A stretch of 46,152 bases of DNA, taken from positions 1-46,152 of the forward strand of contig JAVWCU010000003.1 of assembly GCA_036648855.1 (NCBI GenBank), in the 5' to 3' direction. Shown here piece by piece: positions 31,341 through 38,523 of this stretch; position 1 is the first letter of the stretch; each line of letters starts with the position of its first letter. The stretch is from Bacilli bacterium. Lineage in GTDB: Bacteria; Bacillota_I; Bacilli_A; RF39; UBA660. A program made the position numbers and the translations under genes. A model generated the notes under the pieces. It did not search any database. It was given only the letters and a program-made list of their open reading frames with translations, and was not told the origin of the DNA.

Positions 31341-32143
31341 TTTTAAAAGATATTACTTATCGTCATAATCAACATACGATTTTTCATAAACTAAATATCC
31401 ATTTAAAAGGCTCTAACATAGTCGGTATAATGGGATTAAATAACACTATTCTTTTAGAAATTATTGATTCTATAACTATTCCAAATGCAGGTACTATACA
31501 GCTAGGCTGTGACACCATTAATAAAAATAACTTACTTAACTGTCGGAGAACAGTTAGTTTAATTATGCAAGATATAAATAATCAATTGGTTATGGATAAA
31601 GTTAAAGATGAAATAAATTTTATTATTAAGGCTTTAAACTATAAACATCAGAATATTGAAAAAAGAATTGCGGATTCTTTAACTATAGTAGGCTTAGATA
31701 CTTCATACTTAAATAGGTCTATAAATAGTCTGTCTTCAGGTGAAAAGAAATTAATTCAAGTGGCTTTAGGACTAATTAGCAATCCTAGTATCATTATGTT
31801 TGATGAACCATTTAGGGAATTGGATTATATTTATAAAAGAAAGTTAATTAGATTAATTAAACTCCTAAAAAATAAGTATCAGAAAACAATTATAATAGCA
31901 AGCAATGATAGTAATATGTTATATGCTTTAACTGATGAAGTAGTCATACTTAATAACAAAAAGGAAGGATATACTCAAGGTAAAACTTTAGAGGTATTTA
32001 AAAATATCGAGTTATTAAAAGAATCAGAAATTGCTGTTCCAGACTTAATAGAATTCACACACTTAGCTCTTAATAAAAAAGTAAAACTATCATTTCACAG
32101 AGACATACTTGATTTAATTAAGGATATATATAAACATGTTTAA
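31331..32143 (+). CDS. ecfA: ECF-transporter ATPase EcfA2-like, Walker A lost
   Basis: ABC fold with the Q-loop LIMQD, signature LSSGEKK and Walker B IIMFDEP. The Walker A position reads GIMGLNNTIL (no GK[ST]) and the H-loop reads ASND. Confidence 0.7.
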   Translation: MEIVLKDITYRHNQHTIFHKLNIHLKGSNIVGIMGLNNTILLEIIDSITIPNAGTIQLGCDTINKNNLLNCRRTVSLIMQDINNQLVMDKVKDEINFIIKALNYKHQNIEKRIADSLTIVGLDTSYLNRSINSLSSGEKKLIQVALGLISNPSIIMFDEPFRELDYIYKRKLIRLIKLLKNKYQKTIIIASNDSNMLYALTDEVVILNNKKEGYTQGKTLEVFKNIELLKESEIAVPDLIEFTHLALNKKVKLSFHRDILDLIKDIYKHV

Positions 32144-32783
32144 TAAAGATTCGTTATTATATAGTGTGAATTCAGTTGTAAAATTATTAGGAACAGTTAT
32201 TTTCATTTGTAGTATCATTTGGTTAAAACAAAGCTGGCTATTGTTAGTAATAAGTATTTTACTAACTTTAATTGTGGATAAAAATAAGTATATTAAGAAA
32301 ATTGCTTATATTTCTATTTTTATAGGAATAATGCAATTCTTTTATCAACCATTTATGTGGATAAATAAATTCCTAATAATTGTTCTCTATTTTATTGTTA
32401 TACTAGCTATCTATAGTACTGAACAAATTAAATATTTATGTGAACTTATTTTTTATCCTTTTCAAAATAAATATATTACAAATTTTTATGTATCAGGTCT
32501 TTATGCTTTTAAAAGCTTCAAAAACAATTGTAATCGCCTTAGAAAAATCATCGATAGCTATGGCTTGCCTAAAAATATTTCTTTGCTTAAAAATATTAGC
32601 TCAGCCTTTTTTCATCATACTAAAGAAGATATAGAAGATATGAATTTTCTTCATCATATTAGATTTTATAATTGGAATAGGTCTAGAACTTATATAGAAC
32701 AAGAAAAAATAGAATCTTGGGATATTTGTTATATTTTAATTCATCTAATATTTTTAATTATTACAGTTACATTAGGGAGGTAA
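32136..32783 (+). CDS. ecfT: EcfT-like transmembrane component (short, divergent)
   Basis: 215 aa with several hydrophobic segments, in the position between ecfA2 and truA. I cannot find the two canonical Ala-Arg-Gly coupling motifs. Confidence 0.5.
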   Translation: MFNKDSLLYSVNSVVKLLGTVIFICSIIWLKQSWLLLVISILLTLIVDKNKYIKKIAYISIFIGIMQFFYQPFMWINKFLIIVLYFIVILAIYSTEQIKYLCELIFYPFQNKYITNFYVSGLYAFKSFKNNCNRLRKIIDSYGLPKNISLLKNISSAFFHHTKEDIEDMNFLHHIRFYNWNRSRTYIEQEKIESWDICYILIHLIFLIITVTLGR

Positions 32784-32787
32784 GTAA

Positions 32788-33576
32788 ATGAGATATTTAA
32801 TGACATTTTCTTATGACGGAACCAACTTTGCTGGGTATCAAACCCAACCTGGACTTAGAACTGTTCAAGGAGAAATAGAAGCCTCTTTAGCATATATAAA
32901 TAAGGGTACTAAATGTAATTTAGTAGCATCAGGTAGAACAGATGCCAAAGTTCATGCTCTTAAGCAACATGCCCATTTTGATATGAATATTGATGTGTCA
33001 AATCAAAAGTTAAAAAGTGCTATAAACAGTAGAACTCCTTCAGATATTTATGTTAGTAAGATAGAGGTAGTAGCACCTGATTTCCATGCCCGCTACATGG
33101 TTAAAGAAAAAGAATATAAGTATATTATAAACATAGGAGAATATAATCCATTAGAAAGAGACTATGTGTACCAATATAATTATAAGCTAGATCTTTCTGC
33201 TATGAAAAAAGCCATTAAGTATTTTAAGGGAACTCATGATTTTAGAGCTTTTGTTTCAGAAAATAGTAAGAAAGATAATTGTATTAGAACTATTAGGAAA
33301 GCTGTAATAAAATCAAATAAATTAGATGCTAACAAATTAGAATTTCATTTTATTGGCACCGGTTTTTTAAAATATCAAGTTCGTAATATGGTAGGATATT
33401 TAATAAAAGTAGGGGAAGGTAAAGCTCCAAGTAGGGAAGTTAAAACGGTTATTTTAAGCAAAGACAGATTAAAGGCTGGTAGGACAGCACCACCATGTGG
33501 GCTATATTTGATGGATGTTAGCTATAAAAAGGTAAAAAAGAGAGAAAACAAGGCAATAATCAATATTTCTGATTGA
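32788..33576 (+). CDS. truA: tRNA pseudouridine(38-40) synthase
   Basis: 262 aa with YDGTNFAGYQ and the catalytic GRTDAKVHA. Confidence 0.93.
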   Translation: MRYLMTFSYDGTNFAGYQTQPGLRTVQGEIEASLAYINKGTKCNLVASGRTDAKVHALKQHAHFDMNIDVSNQKLKSAINSRTPSDIYVSKIEVVAPDFHARYMVKEKEYKYIINIGEYNPLERDYVYQYNYKLDLSAMKKAIKYFKGTHDFRAFVSENSKKDNCIRTIRKAVIKSNKLDANKLEFHFIGTGFLKYQVRNMVGYLIKVGEGKAPSREVKTVILSKDRLKAGRTAPPCGLYLMDVSYKKVKKRENKAIINISD

Positions 33577-33601
33577 CATTAACCATCATATTTAGTATAA
33601 T
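33573..33601 (+). promoter_or_regulatory. Consensus sigma-A promoter for rplM-rpsI
   Basis: TTGACA, 17 bp spacer, TATAAT (perfect consensus). It overlaps the truA stop. Confidence 0.75.
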
Positions 33602-33607
33602 TTTAAT

Positions 33608-33673
33608 CGGTACATTCAAATCCCCACATAAGTTTTGCCGTGGGAAGCAGGGCTTAAGTAAAAGGAGAAAAAT
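33608..33673 (+). promoter_or_regulatory. rplM 5' leader with hairpin (candidate L13 leader)
   Basis: CCCAC...GTGGG hairpin in an otherwise AT-rich leader. A structured L13 leader is known in Bacilli. Confidence 0.4.
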
Positions 33674-34105
33674 ATGACAAGTTTTATGCAAAAAAAAGAG
33701 ACTGTTGAACGTAAATGGTATGTGATTGATGCAACTGGTGAATCACTAGGACGTATAGCTAGTAAAGCTGCTCACATATTACGCGGAAAAAACAAGCCAA
33801 CATTCACACCACATATTGATTGTGGTGACTACATTATCATTATTAATGCAGAAAAAGTTAATTTAACTGGTAACAAATTAGAGAATAAGATTTATTATAA
33901 TCACTCTATGTATCCAGGTGGATTAAGAGAAAGAACTGCTAAAGTAATGAGAGATCAATATCCAGAAGAAATGATTGAGAGAGCTGTTAAAGGAATGCTT
34001 CCAAATGGAAGACTAGGACGTGCTATGTACAAGAAGTTATTTGTATACAGAGGACCAGATCACAAACATGAGGCTCAAATGCCAACTGTGATCGGGATTA
34101 AATAG
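33674..34105 (+). CDS. rplM: 50S ribosomal protein L13
   Basis: 143 aa with ERKWYVIDA and GMLPNGRLG. Confidence 0.96.
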   Translation: MTSFMQKKETVERKWYVIDATGESLGRIASKAAHILRGKNKPTFTPHIDCGDYIIIINAEKVNLTGNKLENKIYYNHSMYPGGLRERTAKVMRDQYPEEMIERAVKGMLPNGRLGRAMYKKLFVYRGPDHKHEAQMPTVIGIK

Positions 34106-34116
34106 GGGGTAATGGA

Positions 34117-34542
34117 ATGGCAAAAGAAAATAAAAATATTTATACCGGAACTGGTAGAAGAAAAACTAGTGTTGCTAGAGTACGTTTAGTATCAGGCACT
34201 GGTAAGATTACCGTAAATGGTCAAGATGTTCATGAATACTTTCCATATGAAACCCTAGTTATGGATTTATCTCAACCACTTGTTGCTACTAATACAAAGG
34301 AAATATTTGATGTAGAAGTAAGCGTACAAGGTGGAGGATTTTCTGGTCAAGCTGGAGCAATTCGTTTAGGAATTACTAGAGCTTTATTAGATTACGATTC
34401 AGCGACACCAAGTGATTCTGAAAATAATTTTAGAATAGTATTAAAACCAGCTGGTTTTATTACACGTGATGCCCGCAAAAAAGAACGTAAGAAACCAGGA
34501 CTTAAAAAAGCCCGTAAAGCACCTCAATTCTCAAAACGTTAA
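34117..34542 (+). CDS. rpsI: 30S ribosomal protein S9
   Basis: 141 aa with [12 protein letters not shown] and the C-terminus PQFSKR. Confidence 0.96.
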   Translation: MAKENKNIYTGTGRRKTSVARVRLVSGTGKITVNGQDVHEYFPYETLVMDLSQPLVATNTKEIFDVEVSVQGGGFSGQAGAIRLGITRALLDYDSATPSDSENNFRIVLKPAGFITRDARKKERKKPGLKKARKAPQFSKR

Positions 34543-34555
34543 TCAATTGGATATC

Positions 34556-34589
34556 AAACTTTGGAATTTATTCCAGAGTTTTTCTTTTG
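34556..34589 (+). terminator. rpsI terminator (copy 1)
   Basis: AAACTTTGGA / TCCAGAGTTT 10-bp stem (one G-U pair) with a 6-nt loop, followed by a T-rich tail. Confidence 0.7.
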
Positions 34590-34595
34590 TCTTTA

Positions 34596-34604
34596 TGATA
34601 TAAT
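34596..34604 (+). promoter_or_regulatory. Extended -10 promoter element (copy 1), now driving the cassette gene
   Basis: TGaTATAAT. Confidence 0.5.
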
Positions 34605-34638
34605 ATAAATAAGATTTAAGAGTAAGAGGAACTGTTAT

Positions 34639-34668
34639 ATGAAAGAAAAAATTCATTTAAAACGGTAA
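34639..34668 (+). pseudogene. Duplicated 5' fragment of the 35943 gene, leaving a 9-codon ORF (MKEKIHLKR)
   Basis: The RBS and ATGAAAGAAAAAATT are identical to 35943-35957. The sequence then diverges and stops. Confidence 0.6.
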
Positions 34669-34689
34669 AATAATATAAGAGGTGATACA

Positions 34690-35625
34690 GTGGAATTAAC
34701 AGAAGAAGTAAAAGAATATATCAATGCTTTATTATCTAAATCAGAAGAAGCATATTTAATGGCATTAGAAATAATAAACAAACCCACAATTAATTACAGG
34801 TCAGAAGGATTTTGTTTTTTTATATGTAACTCTTGGGAGTTGTTGCTTAAAGCATTTTTAATACGAAAAAACAATGATATAAACTTCATTAACTTTAAGG
34901 ATGATACAAATAGAACTATAGGATTAGATGAATGTGTAGAAAAGGTTTTTACAAGTACAACTGATAAAACTAAAATTAATATATCTTATATTCGTAGCAT
35001 AAGGAATAAGGCAACTCATTTAATAATTCCAGATTATGATTTTCTGTTGGCATCAGCATATCAAAGATGCATTACTAATTTTAATAAATTTTTTGAAAAC
35101 CAATTTCCTGAATACAATTTAAACAAGAAAGTTACTCCTTTTGTTGCTTTGACAAATCCTGGTAATTTGGAAAAATCTTCGTTAGTGCTGAATCCAGCTA
35201 ATATCTTCGTTTATGAAAAATTAATGAGTGAATTAAATATGGATGAAAGTATAACTCAAACATTAAGATTAATTTCAACAAAAAAAACTTCAGAAGCAGA
35301 TATAACATACGCCATCGATAAAAATGCAACAGTCGGAGCAACATTTATAGATGTACCAAAAGATATTGATAAAACGCATCCATTTACTACAAAAGAGGTT
35401 GTTAGTAAAATTTGTGAAACATTGTCACTAACCATTGGAGTAAATCACGGTTTCACTAACAATAAATTTCACGATATATGTAAAAGAAAAAATGTAAAAT
35501 TGAATCAAGAATATTGTTATCAGTTTCCATATTCAAAGAGTATAATATATAAATATAGCGAGTTAGCAATTGAATATATATGTTCAGTTTACATCAATGA
35601 AAAAGAAAAAAGTAATAAAAATTAA
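34690..35625 (+). CDS. HEPN-motif protein, DUF3644-like (candidate RNase toxin or defence protein)
   Basis: 311 aa with a GTG start after an AAGAGGTGA RBS. The N-terminal LALEIINKPTINYRSEGFCFFICNSWELLLKAFL resembles DUF3644 as I recall it. Rx4H motif RNKATH at nt 35002-35019. Confidence 0.6.
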   Translation: MELTEEVKEYINALLSKSEEAYLMALEIINKPTINYRSEGFCFFICNSWELLLKAFLIRKNNDINFINFKDDTNRTIGLDECVEKVFTSTTDKTKINISYIRSIRNKATHLIIPDYDFLLASAYQRCITNFNKFFENQFPEYNLNKKVTPFVALTNPGNLEKSSLVLNPANIFVYEKLMSELNMDESITQTLRLISTKKTSEADITYAIDKNATVGATFIDVPKDIDKTHPFTTKEVVSKICETLSLTIGVNHGFTNNKFHDICKRKNVKLNQEYCYQFPYSKSIIYKYSELAIEYICSVYINEKEKSNKN

Positions 35626-35646
35626 TTTTTGTGATATAATATATTT

Positions 35647-35746
35647 GTAGACAGGTGCTCGTGATGGAATAACGATGTGTTGGCTAAGCCAGTAAGCATA
35701 CGAAAGTATGTGAGAATTCATCTCGCCAGGGGCACCTGTTTTTTTA
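35647..35746 (+). ncRNA. Candidate ~95-nt structured RNA (three-way junction plus U-tract)
   Basis: TGaTATAAT at 35632-35640. Closing helix ACAGGTGC (35651-58) / GCACCTGT (35732-39), extended by CG-GATG / CATC-CG. Inner hairpins are TGGC-TAA-GCCA and GCATAC-GAAA-GTATGT (GNRA loop). Followed by T7. It could instead be only an elaborate terminator. Confidence 0.35.
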
Positions 35747-35827
35747 TTAAAGGAATGTGTTAGAGTGTGTTTGCGTGCCGACAGGTAGCTAACAAAAAGG
35801 TTCTAATCCCAATGTTTATAATAGATA

Positions 35828-35957
35828 TCAATTCTTAAAGAGTTAATCTATTGGATATCAAACTTTGGAATTTATTCCAGAGTTTTTCTTTTGTCTTTAT
35901 GATATAATATAAATAAGATTTAAGAGTAAGAGGAACTGTTATATGAAAGAAAAAATT
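35828..35957 (+). repeat. Direct repeat, copy 2
   Basis: See copy 1. Contains the second copies of the terminator (35860-35893) and the TGaTATAAT element (35900-35908). Confidence 0.9.
35860..35893 (+). terminator. Duplicated rpsI-type terminator (copy 2)
   Basis: Identical to 34556-34589. Confidence 0.65.
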
Positions 35958-37667
35958 AAAAATATTTTTAAAGGAGATAGTCTTTGCTACATAATACTAT
36001 TTTTAGTTAGTTGTTTTTTACTATACTCATATGCACTTAATTTAGGGACTTTATCAAATGGTCAAGATACTCTGTTTCATGCTTCTAATATTAGTGTTAT
36101 TGAATCTACTTTAGATTTTTCTCGATTTAAGTTTTTACCCAGCCCTATTTTACCCAATATAGCTAATAATTTAGGATATGGTATTGGTTTATTTTATCCC
36201 AGATTGCCTCATATTATAGGGGCCTATATTACACATCTAGTAATGCCTTTTGGTGGAAGTGTTACTACTGGTATAAAATTAACACATTTACTATTAGTCT
36301 TTTTCTCTGCCCTATTTATGTATAAATTTAGTAAAAAAGTTTTTAAAAACTCAAAATCAGCTTTTTTCTCGGCCTTATTTTATATAACTTCTAGCTATTT
36401 TATATCGGATATATTGTATAGAGATGCTTTTGCAGAATCTTTTCAGTTTTTATTTTTACCTATTATTATGATAGGACTATATGAATTGTTCTATGGCAAA
36501 AGAAGTAATTTCTATTTTTATTTTATTATAGGCTATGTAGGAATGATTAATTCTCACGTAGTTCTTAGTATTTTCTTGACCTTAGCTTTTATTATCTATC
36601 TACTATTTCATTTATCGGAAATATTCAAAAAAAATAAATTAAAGCCTCTAGTATACGCGGCTATTACTATTTTAATTTTGACTCTTCCTGAGCTTATCCC
36701 TCTTCTTGAACATAAACTATTTGCCTCACTTGCTGTTTTTAGTAATAACCTAATATCATCTTCAGGACTAGTTTCAGCTTGTGCAATTAGCCCGTTTGCT
36801 TATTTATTTCCTTTTTATGAAGGAACTATGATACAGTTTTTTATTAATATTGCTGTTATAATTTTATTAATAATTGTTATTAATAAAAGAAAGCAAATAT
36901 TTAAAACTAAAGCACAAGTTAAATTGCTAACAACCTTTTTAACAATAGGAATAATTTTCTTGCTTTTAACAACCAGATTAACTCCTTGGCAATATGCTCC
37001 GGATTTTCTACTTATGATTCAGTTCCCTTGGCGTTTAGAAATAGTTGTTATTTTCGTTACTTCTTTTTTAGCAGCCACTTATTTTTTATTACCAAATATT
37101 AAGCATTCTAAAACAAAGGAAATAATGCTTATTGTGATAGCCTTATTCTTTGCTTATATAGCCTCTGTTCCCCAAACTACTAGGGATTTTGTTATTGAAC
37201 CAAATTTAGAAAATGTGTTTATTTCAGAATATGGGATGGGCTGGTCAAAAGAGTATTTACCTGAGACAACATTAAAAAATGCGGGATATTATTTATATCA
37301 AGAAAATAAAGTGATAAGTAAAAATAGTGAAGAGATAGAAGTACTGGACTATGTTAATAATATTCCAAATATGTCTTTTAGCCTAAATATTATGTCCAAA
37401 ACTACTATTGAAGTACCACGACTTTATTATCTAGGCTATAACATCAAGTTCAAAGACTCTACTAATACATCTATAAATATTCCCTATAGAGAAAGCAAAC
37501 AGGGTATGATTGAGCTGGATATACCATCATCTGGGACCATTAGTATTACTTACCCAGGTACTAAGTCTAAACAAATATCAAATATTATTAGAACAATATT
37601 TTTACTTGTTTTAATAAGCTGGTTATTATTTTTATCTAAAAAAAGGTGCTTAGAAATCGACAAATAA
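35943..37667 (+). CDS. Large polytopic membrane protein, GT-C/YfhO-like glycosyltransferase candidate
   Basis: 574 aa with more than 10 hydrophobic segments, an N-terminal GQDTLFHASNI motif and a C-terminal soluble domain plus a final TM segment. Confidence 0.5.
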   Translation: MKEKIKNIFKGDSLCYIILFLVSCFLLYSYALNLGTLSNGQDTLFHASNISVIESTLDFSRFKFLPSPILPNIANNLGYGIGLFYPRLPHIIGAYITHLVMPFGGSVTTGIKLTHLLLVFFSALFMYKFSKKVFKNSKSAFFSALFYITSSYFISDILYRDAFAESFQFLFLPIIMIGLYELFYGKRSNFYFYFIIGYVGMINSHVVLSIFLTLAFIIYLLFHLSEIFKKNKLKPLVYAAITILILTLPELIPLLEHKLFASLAVFSNNLISSSGLVSACAISPFAYLFPFYEGTMIQFFINIAVIILLIIVINKRKQIFKTKAQVKLLTTFLTIGIIFLLLTTRLTPWQYAPDFLLMIQFPWRLEIVVIFVTSFLAATYFLLPNIKHSKTKEIMLIVIALFFAYIASVPQTTRDFVIEPNLENVFISEYGMGWSKEYLPETTLKNAGYYLYQENKVISKNSEEIEVLDYVNNIPNMSFSLNIMSKTTIEVPRLYYLGYNIKFKDSTNTSINIPYRESKQGMIELDIPSSGTISITYPGTKSKQISNIIRTIFLLVLISWLLFLSKKRCLEIDK

Positions 37668-37708
37668 ATACTCCAATAATTAATATACTAATTATCAGGA
37701 GGTGTCTT

Positions 37709-37807
37709 ATGTTAAAAGAAGGATCTAAAATCCGACAAGGGATAAAACTAGGGGTATTATCTTTCTTAGTTATTTTATTAATTGTTTGTTTATGTTTACC
37801 TACATAA
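37709..37807 (+). CDS. Small hydrophobic protein (32 aa)
   Basis: Not in the ORF track. AGGAGG sits 6 nt upstream of the ATG. Translation is MLKEGSKIRQGIKLGVLSFLVILLIVCLCLPT, a basic N-terminus followed by one TM helix. Confidence 0.45.
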   Translation: MLKEGSKIRQGIKLGVLSFLVILLIVCLCLPT

Positions 37808-37857
37808 AATTCGCTAAAAGTTATAAATAACACATATACTAAATAAAGGTGAAGTAT

Positions 37858-38523
37858 ATGTGTCAAACTAAGTACCAAACTCTTTTTATTATTATATTAG
37901 TTATAGCAATTCTAGGTTTTAACCAAGTAAATGCTAAAGTCTCTGCAGAATGGCCATTATTAGGTAAAATTATTTATATAGATCCAGGTCATGGTGGTAG
38001 AGACCCTGGTGCTATAGCAGGTTCTACTATCGAGAAGGATTTAAATTTGCAAGTATCTTTATTATTAGAAAATGAGCTTCTTAAACAAGGCGCTATTGTT
38101 TATATGACTAGAACATTAGATGTAGATTTATCAAGTAAATGGGATAGATTAAAAAAAAGAGGAGATTTATATAGACGGATTTTACTTTATAAAAAGAATA
38201 ATGCCGATCTCTATTTATCAATTCATATGAACTCACATAGTAATTCTAATATGAATGGGGTAGAAGTTCTTTATAATAAAATAAATAAGAATAATATAAA
38301 ATTAGCAACTATTATGATGGAAAACTTTAAAAGTACTTTGAAAGTAAAAAAACGCTTAAAATCAACAGACTTATATATGTACAAAAACACTACTACCCCA
38401 GGTGTTTTAATTGAATGTGGATTCATATCTAGCTCTAAAGATCGCCACTTACTTAATAATAAATCTTATCAAAAAAAATTAGCTAATATTATTACAACCA
38501 GTGTAATAGAATATTTTAGCTAA
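37858..38523 (+). CDS. cwlD: N-acetylmuramoyl-L-alanine amidase (Amidase_3), CwlD-like
   Basis: IDPGHGGRDPGA, LSIHMNS and GVEVLY motifs with an N-terminal signal/anchor. The start could be the ATG at 37858 or the GTG at 37849. Confidence 0.7.
   Translation: MCQTKYQTLFIIILVIAILGFNQVNAKVSAEWPLLGKIIYIDPGHGGRDPGAIAGSTIEKDLNLQVSLLLENELLKQGAIVYMTRTLDVDLSSKWDRLKKRGDLYRRILLYKKNNADLYLSIHMNSHSNSNMNGVEVLYNKINKNNIKLATIMMENFKSTLKVKKRLKSTDLYMYKNTTTPGVLIECGFISSSKDRHLLNNKSYQKKLANIITTSVIEYFS

Larger units (their letters stand above)
34524..34653 (+). repeat. Direct repeat, copy 1 (rpsI 3' end, terminator, promoter, RBS and 5 codons)
   Basis: Aligns without gaps to 35828-35957 at an offset of exactly 1304 bp. 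34546-34653 is identical (108 bp). 34524-34545 has 4 mismatches in 22. Confidence 0.9.
34654..35957 (+). mobile_element. 1304-bp inserted cassette unit (unique DNA plus one repeat copy); no recombinase gene
   Basis: It is bracketed by the ~130-bp direct repeats and interrupts the rpsI to membrane-protein junction. The right-hand repeat contains a diverged relic of the rpsI C-terminus (QFLKS-stop compared with QFSKR-stop, same frame). Confidence 0.45.

Noticed and set aside
35660-35729. The possibility that the structured element after the HEPN gene is a tRNA or tRNA-like gene, or a small SRP (4.5S) RNA.
   Set aside because: The arm lengths do not fit a cloverleaf: there is a 3-nt loop where the anticodon loop would be, and no T-loop GTTCRA motif. 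It also lacks the SRP domain IV signature (GGAA loop flanked by the AGCAGCC-type asymmetric loops).
35799-35809. GGTTCTAATCC, which resembles a tRNA T-arm (GGTTCGAATCC) near the cassette's right end and could mark a tRNA-derived att site.
   Set aside because: The flanking bases do not form a T-stem or an acceptor stem, so no cloverleaf can be drawn. It is probably chance similarity.
37636-37878. An 80-aa minus-strand ORF across the intergenic region between the GT-C-like gene and the amidase gene.
   Set aside because: It overlaps the ends of two + strand genes and the RBS-preceded 32-codon + strand ORF. It has no RBS of its own.
38516-38523. The convergent cwlD-like and spoIID-like genes overlap by 8 bp within the palindrome TTAGCTAA, which provides both stop codons.
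   Set aside because: It is real but trivial. It is an overlap of two stop codons with no terminator, and I see no regulatory implication I can support.
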